Shown here piece after piece: positions 1-10,413 of a DNA stretch of 64,000 nt. The number at the start of each line of letters is the position of its first letter. Position 1 is the first letter of the stretch. Origin of the DNA: Flavobacteriaceae bacterium (GTDB lineage Bacteria; Bacteroidota; Bacteroidia; Flavobacteriales; Flavobacteriaceae); assembly GCA_014238425.1 (NCBI GenBank), contig JABABD010000020.1:145536-209535 (forward strand), in the 5' to 3' direction. Below the pieces are notes generated by a model. The model saw only the letters and a list, made by a program, of their open reading frames with translations. It made no database searches and was not told the origin of the DNA. The position numbers and the translations under genes are program-made.

Positions 1-39
1 CATTTTCCAAAGGTAATCGAATCTATTTTATCATAGTTC

Positions 40-681
40 ATGTCTAAAAAAAAGAAAAAATACTATACCGTTTGGAAAGGTCATCATACTGGTGTCTTTG
101 AATCTTGGAATGATTGTAAAGCCCAAATCAAAGATTTTCAAGGCGCACAGTACAAATCGTTTGAGACTTTTGATGCTGCCAAAAAAGCCTTGAAAGGCAA
201 TTATACGGATTATGTTGGCAAAAAGAAAAAATTCAATAGCGAGCTATCTGAAGCACAATTGAAAAAAATAGGGCAACCGAACTACAATTCTATTTCTGTC
301 GATGCAGCTTCCAGTGGTAATCCTGGTAAAATGGAATATCGTGGTGTCGATACCAAATCCAAAAAAGAGCTTTTTAAGCAGGGTCCTTTTAAAGAAGGCA
401 CTAATAATATTGGTGAGTTTTTGGCCTTGGTACACGGCTTGGCCTTTTTAAAGAAAAAGAACAGTAACCGCATTTTATACACAGATTCTAGAACCGCTAT
501 GTCTTGGGTTAAAAAAAAGACATGTAACAGCAAACTCATTAAATCAGAAAAGAACAAGGCACTGTTTGAATTGGTAGAACGCGCTGAAGATTGGTTACAA
601 AAAAACAACTTTAGCACGATTATTGTAAAATGGGAAACAAAGGCTTGGGGAGAAATTCCAGCCGATTTTGGAAGAAAGTAA
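40..681 (+). CDS. rnhA: Ribonuclease HI with an N-terminal hybrid-binding (caulimovirus ORF-VI-like) domain
   Basis: N-terminal YTVWKGHHTGVFESWNDCKAQ...FDAAKKAL is the Cauli_VI/HBD fold. The C-terminal DAASSGNPGKMEYRGV...TNNIGEFLALVHGLAFL...ILYTDSRTAMSWV aligns to E. coli RNase HI DGSCLGNPG...TNNRMEL...ILSTDSQYV. Confidence 0.8.
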   Translation: MSKKKKKYYTVWKGHHTGVFESWNDCKAQIKDFQGAQYKSFETFDAAKKALKGNYTDYVGKKKKFNSELSEAQLKKIGQPNYNSISVDAASSGNPGKMEYRGVDTKSKKELFKQGPFKEGTNNIGEFLALVHGLAFLKKKNSNRILYTDSRTAMSWVKKKTCNSKLIKSEKNKALFELVERAEDWLQKNNFSTIIVKWETKAWGEIPADFGRK

Positions 682-693
682 GATTTACTTCTC

Positions 694-1317
694 TTGACAG
701 ACCATTCTATTATGAAACATAAAATGCTTTTTATTATTGCTTTGATCTTAGCGTTGCCTATAACAGCTCAAGATTCTTGGGAGCTCAAAAAAGACCGTAA
801 TGATATAAAGATATATACGCGTAAATATCCAAATTCCAAATTCAAAGAATACAAAGCACAGATGACTGTCAATACCTCAATCGAAATCGTGAAAGGCATT
901 ATTCTTGATGCCGATAAACTAAAAGATTGGAATTACAAAACTTCAAAAAGTAACGTTATCAAGAAAATTGATGACGATAATTATATTTTTTACCTGTTCA
1001 ATGATATGCCTTGGCCCGTTTTAAATAGAGATCACGTTTCAGATGTTGTCGTCACATATCCTACAGACAAAAGCGTACTTATAACTATCACACCTAATAA
1101 TGACGTGCTTTCTGAAAATGACGCCGTTGTTAGAATCACTAATTTTAAAGGGTTTTGGTTATTAGAAGAAACAAATACTGGAATTTTAATTACCAATCAA
1201 TTATTTGGCGACCCTGAAGGCGGTGTGCCTTCTTGGATAGTAAATTCGCAACTTGTCAAATCACCTTACACCTCTTTCAATAACTTAAAAAAACTCTTGT
1301 TAAACAAGCAAGATTAA
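694..1317 (+). CDS. Secreted START/SRPBCC-like lipid-binding domain protein (probable start at MKHKML, 712)
   Basis: Signal peptide MLFIIALILALPITAQD, then a ~180 aa domain with a START-like pattern (KIYTRKYPNSKFKEYKAQM...DMPWPVLNRDHVSDVVV). Confidence 0.45.
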   Translation: MTDHSIMKHKMLFIIALILALPITAQDSWELKKDRNDIKIYTRKYPNSKFKEYKAQMTVNTSIEIVKGIILDADKLKDWNYKTSKSNVIKKIDDDNYIFYLFNDMPWPVLNRDHVSDVVVTYPTDKSVLITITPNNDVLSENDAVVRITNFKGFWLLEETNTGILITNQLFGDPEGGVPSWIVNSQLVKSPYTSFNNLKKLLLNKQD

Positions 1318-1374
1318 TCCTATTTTAATTACTAAAAGAGCACTATATTTGCACCAAAATATAGAACTCCATAA

Positions 1375-2301
1375 ATGAGTAAATTAGTTATAGTAGGCAC
1401 CGTTGCCTTTGACGCTATTGAAACACCCTTTGGCAAGACGGACAAAATTCTTGGAGGTGCTGCTACGTTTATTGGCCTGGCGGCTTCGCAATTCAATGTT
1501 GATGCCTCAGTAGTATCTATAGTAGGCGGTGATTTTCCACAAGAATATCTTGACTTATTGTCTGAAAAAAACATCGATATATCTGGTGTGGAAATTGTAA
1601 AGGAAGGGAAGACCTTTTTTTGGAGCGGTAAATATCACAATGATATGAACTCTCGTGATACACTAGTTACAGAATTGAATGTCTTGGCCGATTTCAATCC
1701 TAAAGTTCCTGAAGCCTATCAAGATGCAAGTATTGTAATGCTTGGTAATTTACATCCTTCTGTACAGATGAGTGTCTTGAACCAGATGACGAACAAGCCA
1801 AAGCTTGCCATTCTAGATACCATGAATTTTTGGATGGACAGTGCATTGCCAGAATTAAAAGAAGTCATCTCAAAGGTAGATGTCATCACCATAAACGATG
1901 AGGAGGCCCGACAACTCACTGGAGAATATTCTTTAGTTGTTGCGGCAAGAAGAATACATGATATGGGACCGAAATATGTGGTCATTAAAAAAGGAGAACA
2001 TGGTGCTTTGTTATTTCATGATGACAATGTGTTTTATGCTCCAGCGTTACCTTTAGAAGAGGTTTTTGACCCAACAGGTGCAGGAGACACCTTTGCAGGA
2101 GGTTTTGCGGGCTATTTAGCAAAAACAAATGACGTCTCTTTCGAGAATATGAAGAGTGCTGTTATATTCGGTTCGACTTTAGCATCATTCTGTGTAGAGA
2201 AATTTGGAACGGAGAGAATGATAGGCCTTAAACACAACGAGGTGCATCGACGCTTAAAACAGTTCAAGGATCTGACACAATTTGAAATAGAATTAACTTA
2301 A
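1375..2301 (+). CDS. PfkB-family sugar/ribokinase-like kinase
   Basis: C-terminal DPTGAGDTFAGGFAGYL is the PfkB signature 2; the N-terminal Gly-rich GGAATF also fits. Confidence 0.75.
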   Translation: MSKLVIVGTVAFDAIETPFGKTDKILGGAATFIGLAASQFNVDASVVSIVGGDFPQEYLDLLSEKNIDISGVEIVKEGKTFFWSGKYHNDMNSRDTLVTELNVLADFNPKVPEAYQDASIVMLGNLHPSVQMSVLNQMTNKPKLAILDTMNFWMDSALPELKEVISKVDVITINDEEARQLTGEYSLVVAARRIHDMGPKYVVIKKGEHGALLFHDDNVFYAPALPLEEVFDPTGAGDTFAGGFAGYLAKTNDVSFENMKSAVIFGSTLASFCVEKFGTERMIGLKHNEVHRRLKQFKDLTQFEIELT

Positions 2302-2359
2302 ACGAGCGCGCTAAATTTTAGCGCGTTTTTTTATTAATATAACTGAATAGGAAACTATA

Positions 2360-4258
2360 ATGAGCGATGCTTTAAAACATGAGTGTGGAATTGCACTTAT
2401 CAGGCTTTTAAAACCATTAGAATATTACAAAGAAAAATACGGAAGTGCATTTTATGGGGTAAATAAAATGTATCTCATGATGGAAAAGCAGCACAATCGT
2501 GGCCAGGATGGAGCTGGCTTTGCCAGTATAAAACTCAACACCGATCCAGGTGAACGATATATAAGTCGCGTAAGGTCTATCGCTCAACAACCAATTCAAG
2601 ATATCTTCGAGCAAATAAATGAACGCATCAATCAAGAAATTTTAGACCATCCTGAGTATAAAAATGATGTTGCTCTTCAAAAAAAGAACATTCCATACAT
2701 AGGCGAAGTACTGTTGGGGCATGTTAGGTATGGCACCTTCGGCAAAAATAGTGTTGAAAGTGTCCACCCTTTCTTAAGACAGAACAATTGGACGCACCGC
2801 AACCTTATATTAGCAGGTAACTTTAATATGACCAACGTTAAAGAGCTTTTTGCCAACTTGGTTGAATTAGGTCAACATCCAAAAGAATATACCGATACCA
2901 TTACAATTATGGAGAAGATAGGTCATTTCTTAGACGATGCAGTAAGTAAAATTTATAAAGACCTTAAGAAAGAAGGTTATAGTAAAATGGAATCTTCACC
3001 ATTGATTGAAGAACGAATAAAAGTTGCTAAGATCCTTAGGCGCTCCTCTAAAAATTGGGATGGCGGATACGCAATGGCAGGTATGCTTGGTCATGGTGAT
3101 TCTTTTGTTTTAAGAGACCCTGCTGGTATTCGGCCAGCATATTACTACAAAGATGATGAGGTCGTTGTTGTGGCGTCAGAACGCCCCGTCATACAAACCG
3201 TATTTAATGTAGACTATGATAAAGTGGAAGAACTTCCACCTGGAAATGCTATCATCATCAAAAAATCTGGTGAGACAAATATCAAGGAGATCTTGAAACC
3301 TCTTGAAAGAAAAGCTTGTTCTTTTGAGCGTATCTATTTCTCCCGTGGTAGTGATGCTGAGATTTATCAAGAACGGAAACATCTTGGTAAGTTATTAATG
3401 CCTAAAGTTCTTGAAGCTATTAATGAGGATACTAAGAATACTGTATTTTCATATATACCAAATACGGCTGAGACATCTTTTTTTGGCATGATAGAATCTG
3501 TTGAAGATTATTTAAACGAAAGGAAGACGCAAGGCATTATAGCTGGGAAAGGAAAATTGACAAAAGAGCAAGTCACCAATATCCTCTCTGAGCGTCCTAG
3601 GATAGAGAAAATCGCTATTAAAGATGTTAAATTAAGAACATTTATTACAGAAGATAGTAGCCGAGATGATCTTGTAGCTCACGTTTATGACGTTACATAT
3701 GGTGTTATCAAACCAACGGATAATTTGGTTATTATTGATGACAGTATCGTGCGTGGCACCACCTTGAAAAAAAGCATCATCAAGATGATGGATCGCCTTA
3801 ATGCTAAAAAAATTGTCGTTGTCTCATCTGCCCCGCAAATACGTTATCCTGATTGTTATGGAATTGATATGGCCCGTTTAGAAGGATTAGTGGCTTTTAG
3901 AGCAGCCTTATCGTTACTGCAAGATCAAGGTAAGTATCATATTGTAGAAGCTGTGTATAAAAAATGTAAAGCTCAGGAGCATCTTCGTGATTCCGAAGTT
4001 CAAAACTTTGTAAAGGAGATTTACGATACATTTACCGACGAACAAGTTTCTGATAAGATATCCGAATTACTAAGTGATGATAGTGTCAATGCTAAAGTGA
4101 AAATTATTTTTCAAACCGTTGAGAATCTTAATAAAGCTTGTCCAAAGAATTTAGGCGATTGGTATTTTACTGGTAACTACCCTACCGTTGGAGGTAACCG
4201 TGTGGTTAACAAGGCATTTATCAATTTTTACGAAGGTAAAAACGAGCGGGCTTACTAA
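2360..4258 (+). CDS. purF: Amidophosphoribosyltransferase-like class II glutamine amidotransferase (long Bacteroidota type)
   Basis: N-terminal MSDALKHECGIALI has the Ntn Cys right after Met. A PRTase-type motif VIIDDSIVRGTT is present. The 632 aa length is typical of the Bacteroidota PurF-like form. Confidence 0.65.
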   Translation: MSDALKHECGIALIRLLKPLEYYKEKYGSAFYGVNKMYLMMEKQHNRGQDGAGFASIKLNTDPGERYISRVRSIAQQPIQDIFEQINERINQEILDHPEYKNDVALQKKNIPYIGEVLLGHVRYGTFGKNSVESVHPFLRQNNWTHRNLILAGNFNMTNVKELFANLVELGQHPKEYTDTITIMEKIGHFLDDAVSKIYKDLKKEGYSKMESSPLIEERIKVAKILRRSSKNWDGGYAMAGMLGHGDSFVLRDPAGIRPAYYYKDDEVVVVASERPVIQTVFNVDYDKVEELPPGNAIIIKKSGETNIKEILKPLERKACSFERIYFSRGSDAEIYQERKHLGKLLMPKVLEAINEDTKNTVFSYIPNTAETSFFGMIESVEDYLNERKTQGIIAGKGKLTKEQVTNILSERPRIEKIAIKDVKLRTFITEDSSRDDLVAHVYDVTYGVIKPTDNLVIIDDSIVRGTTLKKSIIKMMDRLNAKKIVVVSSAPQIRYPDCYGIDMARLEGLVAFRAALSLLQDQGKYHIVEAVYKKCKAQEHLRDSEVQNFVKEIYDTFTDEQVSDKISELLSDDSVNAKVKIIFQTVENLNKACPKNLGDWYFTGNYPTVGGNRVVNKAFINFYEGKNERAY

Positions 4259-4369
4259 TGAAAAATTACGGTAAAACCGTATTTTGTCCAATAAATCAAC
4301 GGTTTATCTAAAAAAAATGCCGTTTATCTAAAACTTTGCCCACCTATGAGAGAAAGGTCTAATTTAGAC

Positions 4370-4444
4370 TCACCATAACATAAGTAGGTTAAGTTCATGG
4401 TAGATTTGGGGCAAAAAAAGGTGAACTCTCGTTCACCTTTTTTT
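4370..4444 (+). ncRNA. Candidate small RNA, copy A of a duplicated ~75-nt element
   Basis: Contains hairpin 1 (ACCATAAC/GTTcATGGT), a spacer GATTTGGGGCAAAAAAA and an intrinsic terminator GGTGAACTCTCGTTCACC plus T7. Upstream there is TTG ...21 nt... TAATTTAG, which matches the Bacteroidota -33/-7 consensus. Confidence 0.35.
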
Positions 4445-4618
4445 ATTTTTATTCCCAAAACATTTAACTTTCTGGCAATTAGCTCATTACTTAGACACTC
4501 TTCTGCAAAGCCTTTAAAAACTAGGTTTTTATCTTTTTGAAAACAACCTCTAAACCTAATTTATAAGTATTTTATCTAATAAATTCAATAAATTGAAAAA
4601 AGCACCGTTATATTTACA

Positions 4619-4691
4619 TCACCATAACATAAGTAGGTTAAGTTCATGGTAGATTTGGGGCAAAAAAGGTGAACTCTTGTTCACCTTTTTT
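4619..4691 (+). ncRNA. Candidate small RNA, copy B (2 differences from copy A)
   Basis: Near-identical to 4370-4444. It has its own upstream TATATTTA -7-like motif and ends in the same hairpin plus T-run terminator. Confidence 0.35.
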
Positions 4692-4778
4692 CATTTTCTG
4701 TCTTCAGTCAATTTCAAAACATCCTATATAAAATAGTTGGTTACAATAATAACTCGCTTGTATTATATATAATAAGCT

Positions 4779-5117
4779 TCACCTTGGGTCTTCCCAAACA
4801 GTTTCAATAAAAATAGCCGCAATCCAATTTTGACAATCATTGTTTGGGCCATCAATGCCACCGATAACACAAATGGTTTGACAATCTACTGTCATTACAG
4901 ATGATTGTCCATCAGGAAAGTTTTGAAAATTAACCAAGAATACTTCTTCATTCTCATATATATATTTTTGAATATTAGCTTTAGGAGATTGAACCGGGTC
5001 TTCTAGCACTGCCTCAATTCTATCTTGGAGGCATTGCGAGTACATAGAATCTTCATCATCAGAATTACAAGAAATACTGCTAGTTATTAAAACGCATATA
5101 AAAATCAATTTTCTCAT
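4779..5117 (-). CDS. Hypothetical small lipoprotein
   Basis: The internal start MRKLIFICVLITSSISC gives a lipoprotein signal with a lipobox Cys. I recognised no conserved domain. Confidence 0.4.
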   Translation of the reverse strand: MRKLIFICVLITSSISCNSDDEDSMYSQCLQDRIEAVLEDPVQSPKANIQKYIYENEEVFLVNFQNFPDGQSSVMTVDCQTICVIGGIDGPNNDCQNWIAAIFIETVWEDPR

Positions 5118-5228
5118 GTTCTCTTTATAATTAGATGCCTCATTTCTTTCTTGGTTGCGTGAATTTGGGGGCAAAATAAAAAAGCCAGCAAAATTGCTGG
5201 CTTCATTTATTTACATAAAGTTAAAAAT

Positions 5229-5837
5229 CTATTTAGCTTCTGCGTAACGTCTTTCTACTTCGTTCCAATTAATCACACTAAAGAATGCCTCAATATAATC
5301 TGGGCGTCTGTTTTGGTAATTTAAATAATACGCATGTTCCCAAACATCCAATCCAAGGATTGGTGTCCCGCCACAAGTTACTCCTGGCATTAATGGATTA
5401 TCCTGATTTGGTGTAGAACACACTTCGACTTTTCCTCCTTTGTGCACACATAACCAAGCCCATCCAGAACCAAATTGTGTTGCAGCAGCTTTACTGAAAA
5501 CATCTTTAAAAGCATCGAAAGATCCGTAAGTATCTTCAATGGCATCTTTTAATTCTCCAGAAAGCCTACCTCTATCCTCTGGATTCATAACTTCCCAGAA
5601 AAGTGAATGATTATAAAAGCCACCGCCATTATTTCTAACGCCTTTATTATTCATATCCAAACCATTTAATATAGTTTCAATAGATTGCCCTTCTAGCTTT
5701 GTTCCTTCAATCGCTGCGTTCAATTTAGTAGTATAACCATTATGATGTTTAGAGTGATGTATTTCCATCGTTCGAGCATCAATATGAGGCTCTAGTGCGT
5801 CGTATGCATATTTTAATTTTGGTAATTCGAAAGCCAT
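5229..5837 (-). CDS. sodA: Fe/Mn superoxide dismutase
   Basis: [32 protein letters not shown] and the C-terminal DVWEHAYY are classic SOD motifs. Confidence 0.9.
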   Translation of the reverse strand: MAFELPKLKYAYDALEPHIDARTMEIHHSKHHNGYTTKLNAAIEGTKLEGQSIETILNGLDMNNKGVRNNGGGFYNHSLFWEVMNPEDRGRLSGELKDAIEDTYGSFDAFKDVFSKAAATQFGSGWAWLCVHKGGKVEVCSTPNQDNPLMPGVTCGGTPILGLDVWEHAYYLNYQNRRPDYIEAFFSVINWNEVERRYAEAK

Positions 5838-5939
5838 AATTCCAGATTTTATATTAATAATTAATTTCTCTCAAATTTACTGATAATACATACCAATTAA
5901 AAATAATTAATAGTTATCAAATCATCGATAGTTTTTATC

Positions 5940-8900
5940 TTGTATCAAAATTATTTAGTGTCAATAACAACCTCATTCAAAGTTTATAATGCCTCTGCAG
6001 GTAGTGGTAAAACGTTTACTTTAGTAAAGGCTTATTTAAAATTATTGCTTCAATCAAAACACTCAGACAGTTTTAGAAATATTTTAGCATTGACATTTAC
6101 CAATAAAGCGGTTGGAGAAATGAAAACGCGAATTATTGAAACCCTTAAACAATTTTCAGACGAAGCTATTTTAACCGAGCCGAATAGCATATTTATTTCT
6201 ATTGTAAATGAACTTGAAGCAAATCCAAAAAACATTCATATTGCCTCTAAGAACATACTTCAGAATATTCTTCATAATTACGCAGCTTTCGATATTTCGA
6301 CCATTGATAGATTTACGCATAAAGTGATAAGAACATTTGCTTTTGATCTCAAAATTCCGCTTAATTTTGAGGTAGAGCTCGACACTGATAGCTTACTCAC
6401 AGAGGCTGTAGATAGTTTAATCAGTAAGGCAGGAACAGATAAAGCTCTGACAAAAGTTCTTGTTGATTTTGCTATTGAAAAAGCTGATGATGACAAGAGT
6501 TGGGATATTTCTTATGATTTCAATAAGATTTCAAAACTATTAGTCAATGAAAATGATGCTCCGTTCTTAGAGTTTTTTAAAAACAAAACGCTTAAAGATT
6601 TCAAACAACTTAAGCTTATATTAAATTCTAAAATGGCTATTTGTGGGAAAACTATTGTTGAAAAAGCTCAGGTTTCGTTAAAATTAATTGAAGAATGTGG
6701 TTTACAATTTGATGATTTTACTAGGAGCTCATTACCCAAGCATTTTGAAAGTCTTGCTAATAACAGACTCGACATAAAGTTTGATAACAATTGGCAAATA
6801 GATATTGAAAACACTCTGTTGTACCCTTCAAGAGTATCTCCAGATATAGCATCGATTATAGAAGACATAAAACCACAACTAATAATTGCATTTCTAGAAA
6901 CCAAACAATTGGCTTTTGAATATAAATTTTACAAAAACTTCTATAGAAACTTAACGCCCTTATCTGTACTAAACGCTATCAATTCTGAATTGATCAAGAT
7001 AAAAGATGATAGCAACGTATTACTCATTTCAGAATTCAATAATATCATTCATAAAGAAATAAAGAATCAACCTACGCCTTTTATATATGAGCGTTTAGGC
7101 GAAAAATTCAAGCATTATTTTATTGATGAGTTTCAAGACACTTCTAAAATGCAATGGGAAAACTTGATTCCATTAATAGATAATCGAATTTCTAGTGAAG
7201 CAGGAAGTGCAATGTTAGTGGGTGATGCTAAACAAGCTATTTATAGGTGGCGAGGTGGTAGAGCTGAAATATTTATGGAATTATTTAATAAAGCAACCAG
7301 GCCATTCATAATTGAACAAGAAGTAATACCGCTTAAATTTAATTATAGAAGCTGTAAATCTATAGTAAAATTCAATAACGCTTTTTTTTCACACCTCTCC
7401 TCTTTCGCTTTTGCAGATGACACCCATAAAGATTTATATTTACTTGCAGCACAAAAAGAACATATAGAAACAGATGGGTATGTAAATATTGAATTCCTGC
7501 AATTTGAAGAAGGTGATGACAGAGATATACTATATCCTGAAGCTGTAAAACAAATCATCAATCAATCAATAGCAAACGGTTTTCAGCTGAGTGATATATG
7601 CGTTTTAGTGCGAAAGAAAAAAGAAGGTGTTGTCATCGCAGATTACTTGAGTCAATATAATATAGATATTATCTCTTCAGAGACATTGTTGATTAATGGT
7701 TCTCCAAAAGTTCGTTTTGTGACTAATCTCCTAAAGCTTTCAACTCAGCCAGAGAACAATGAATTAAAGGCTGATGTCCTCTATTTTATTTCAGATTTAC
7801 TAGGCATTAAAGAGAAGCATACATTCTTGCAAGAAGGATTAGTCAAGACTTTTGATGAGCTAAGAGAATTATTTGCCATTCATGAATTAGATTTTAATTT
7901 TAACACCGTATTGCAATTATCTCTTTATGATGCAGTTGAATATATCGTCAGGGCTTTTGCCTTGGTTAAAACATCAAATGCCTATGTTCAATTTTACCTA
8001 GACACGGTATTAGATTACTCTCAGAAACAATCTTCAAGTATTATAGATTTCTTAGCGTATTGGGAAAAGAAAAAAGATCTCTTAAGCATTACTATTCCAG
8101 ATGGGGGAAATGCAGTACAAATAATGACTATACATAAATCTAAAGGGTTAGAGTTTCCTGTTGTTATTTTTCCATATGCTGATTTGAACATCTATCGAGA
8201 AAAAGAACCAAAAATATGGTTTCCAATAAATGGTGATGAATTCAATGGTTTTTCTCATGCCTTATTGAACTATAATAAAGATTTAGCAGAATTGGGAGAC
8301 GTTGGTAATTACTTGCATAACAAACACCAATCTTCTCTAGAGTTAGATAATATAAATCTATTGTACGTCACACTTACTCGAGCAATTGAACAATTACATA
8401 TTATATCGAAAAAAGATTTAGATTCAAAAGGAAATGAAAAACTCAACGATTATTCAGGGTTATTCATTAATCACTTAAAAACTATTGGTGTGTGGTCGGA
8501 TACTAAGAACGTGTACGCATTTGGCAAGCCTAAAAAGCAAATGATTCATGTAAAACATAAAAGAAGTGTTTTGACACCTAGTCGCTTTATTTCTAATAAT
8601 AATAGCATTAATATTGTCACCACTTCAGGAAATTTGTGGGGCACTGAACAAGAACAAGCTATAGAAAAAGGTAATCTGATTCATTATTTGCTTTCTAAAA
8701 TACAAACAGCTGCAGATATTGATTTTGTATTAAATGATGCCTTAACAGAAGGTTTAATTGATAATGATCAAAAAAATCAATTAAATGCTACAATCCATAC
8801 TATCGTTAATCATTCACAATTACAAATTTATTATACTGATGATGTCCTTATATATAATGAACGCGATATCATATCATCTAACGGAACTATTGTAAGACCT

Positions 8901-9083
8901 GATCGATTAGTGATAAATAAAAGCGAACAGGCCATTCTAATAGATTACAAAACAGGAACTTTCAATAAAAAACACGAACAACAACTTATTACATACGCAG
9001 ATATCATTCATTCTATGAAGATTCCTGTGATTAAAAAAATATTGGTATATATAAATAATGACATTGATATAAAAGAAATATAA
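5940..9083 (+). CDS. UvrD/AddA-like ATP-dependent helicase with a C-terminal PD-(D/E)XK nuclease
   Basis: Walker A YNASAGSGKTFTL, UvrD motifs FIDEFQDTS and MLVGDAKQAIYRWRG, and a C-terminal nuclease motif RPDRLVI...IDYKTG. The start is TTG/GTG and uncertain. Confidence 0.7.
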   Translation: MYQNYLVSITTSFKVYNASAGSGKTFTLVKAYLKLLLQSKHSDSFRNILALTFTNKAVGEMKTRIIETLKQFSDEAILTEPNSIFISIVNELEANPKNIHIASKNILQNILHNYAAFDISTIDRFTHKVIRTFAFDLKIPLNFEVELDTDSLLTEAVDSLISKAGTDKALTKVLVDFAIEKADDDKSWDISYDFNKISKLLVNENDAPFLEFFKNKTLKDFKQLKLILNSKMAICGKTIVEKAQVSLKLIEECGLQFDDFTRSSLPKHFESLANNRLDIKFDNNWQIDIENTLLYPSRVSPDIASIIEDIKPQLIIAFLETKQLAFEYKFYKNFYRNLTPLSVLNAINSELIKIKDDSNVLLISEFNNIIHKEIKNQPTPFIYERLGEKFKHYFIDEFQDTSKMQWENLIPLIDNRISSEAGSAMLVGDAKQAIYRWRGGRAEIFMELFNKATRPFIIEQEVIPLKFNYRSCKSIVKFNNAFFSHLSSFAFADDTHKDLYLLAAQKEHIETDGYVNIEFLQFEEGDDRDILYPEAVKQIINQSIANGFQLSDICVLVRKKKEGVVIADYLSQYNIDIISSETLLINGSPKVRFVTNLLKLSTQPENNELKADVLYFISDLLGIKEKHTFLQEGLVKTFDELRELFAIHELDFNFNTVLQLSLYDAVEYIVRAFALVKTSNAYVQFYLDTVLDYSQKQSSSIIDFLAYWEKKKDLLSITIPDGGNAVQIMTIHKSKGLEFPVVIFPYADLNIYREKEPKIWFPINGDEFNGFSHALLNYNKDLAELGDVGNYLHNKHQSSLELDNINLLYVTLTRAIEQLHIISKKDLDSKGNEKLNDYSGLFINHLKTIGVWSDTKNVYAFGKPKKQMIHVKHKRSVLTPSRFISNNNSINIVTTSGNLWGTEQEQAIEKGNLIHYLLSKIQTAADIDFVLNDALTEGLIDNDQKNQLNATIHTIVNHSQLQIYYTDDVLIYNERDIISSNGTIVRPDRLVINKSEQAILIDYKTGTFNKKHEQQLITYADIIHSMKIPVIKKILVYINNDIDIKEI

Positions 9084-9101
9084 CTTTGTAAAAAAAACGA
9101 G

Positions 9102-10295
9102 ATGTACGGAAAAATACAACAGCATTTACAGACAGAATTACAAGGCATAAAAGAAGATGGGTTATATAAAGAAGAGCGTATTATCACCACACCTCAAGAT
9201 GCCATTATTAAAACTACTCAGGGAAAAGAAGTAATAAACTTCTGTGCTAATAATTATCTCGGGTTGTCATCACATCCAGATGTTATTCAAGCCGCAAAAA
9301 ATGCTATGGACACTCATGGTTTTGGAATGTCTTCTGTGAGGTTTATTTGCGGAACTCAAGATATTCACAAAAATTTGGAACAAAAAATTGCTGATTTCTA
9401 TAAAACAGAAGATACCATATTGTATGCAGCAGCATTTGATGCTAATGGTGGTGTTTTTGAACCCCTATTAGGAAAAGAAGATGCCATTATTTCTGATTCA
9501 TTAAACCATGCTTCTATAATCGATGGTGTAAGGTTATGCAAAGCTGCGCGTTACCGATATGCAAATAATGACATGGCAGATTTAGAAAAACAACTAATAG
9601 ATGCCGATACTAATGGTGCTAGATTTAAGATTATTGTAACTGATGGCGTGTTTTCAATGGATGGTATAGTCGCATCTCTAGATAAAGTCTGCGACCTAGC
9701 CGATAAATACGATGCTTTGATAATGATAGATGAGTGCCATGCTGCTGGTTTTATTGGTGCAACTGGCAGAGGAACACTTGAGGAGAAAAATGTCATGGGA
9801 AGAATAGATATTATAACAGGCACCTTAGGAAAAGCCTTGGGCGGAGCTATGGGCGGTTATACTACTGGTAAAAAAGAAATAATAGATATGCTTAGACAAC
9901 GGTCTCGTCCTTACCTTTTCTCTAACTCATTAGCGCCAGCCATTGTGGGTGCTAGTATAAAAGTATTCGATATGATTTCTAACGATACATCCCTTAGAGA
10001 CAAATTAGAATGGAATACTACGTATTTCAAAAAAGGTATGACCGCAGCAGGTTTTGATATTGTTAAAGGGCAAAGTGCTATTGTGCCTGTAATGCTTTAC
10101 GATGATAAGCTGTCCCAAAAGATGGCAAATCTTCTTTTAGATGAGGGAATATATGTGGTTGGATTCTTTTTTCCTGTTGTGCCGAAGGGAAAAGCAAGGA
10201 TAAGAGTTCAGTTATCTGCCGCCCATGAACAACAACATTTAGATACAGCAATACAAGCTTTTATAAAGGTAGGTAAACAGCTAAATATTATTTAA
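9102..10295 (+). CDS. kbl: Glycine C-acetyltransferase (2-amino-3-ketobutyrate CoA ligase)
   Basis: Near-collinear with E. coli Kbl ([34 protein letters not shown] with PLP-Lys, [13 protein letters not shown]). Confidence 0.9.
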   Translation: MYGKIQQHLQTELQGIKEDGLYKEERIITTPQDAIIKTTQGKEVINFCANNYLGLSSHPDVIQAAKNAMDTHGFGMSSVRFICGTQDIHKNLEQKIADFYKTEDTILYAAAFDANGGVFEPLLGKEDAIISDSLNHASIIDGVRLCKAARYRYANNDMADLEKQLIDADTNGARFKIIVTDGVFSMDGIVASLDKVCDLADKYDALIMIDECHAAGFIGATGRGTLEEKNVMGRIDIITGTLGKALGGAMGGYTTGKKEIIDMLRQRSRPYLFSNSLAPAIVGASIKVFDMISNDTSLRDKLEWNTTYFKKGMTAAGFDIVKGQSAIVPVMLYDDKLSQKMANLLLDEGIYVVGFFFPVVPKGKARIRVQLSAAHEQQHLDTAIQAFIKVGKQLNII

Positions 10296-10413
10296 AACTG
10301 TTCCAAACACCGCATTTTTAAAGTGAATAATCAATATTTTTATATATTTGTCTTTGTTAATAAAATTTAACAACTTACTTTTGCTCATAATTAACACTTA
10401 AAAATTAAATTAT

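Noticed and set aside
244-617. Two antisense ORFs (63 and 111 aa) inside rnhA, plus similar antisense or overlapping ORFs inside sod, the UvrD-like helicase gene, kbl, recJ, accC, the GH20 gene, dusB and others
   Set aside because: They overlap well-supported genes on the other strand, have low-complexity translations, and typical AT-rich genomes generate such ORFs by chance.
4370-4691. Possibility that the duplicated 75-nt elements are a mini CRISPR array
   Set aside because: There are only two copies, 250 bp apart. Each ends in a U-run terminator and has an upstream promoter-like box. There are no cas genes, and the copies do not have repeat-spacer-repeat regularity.
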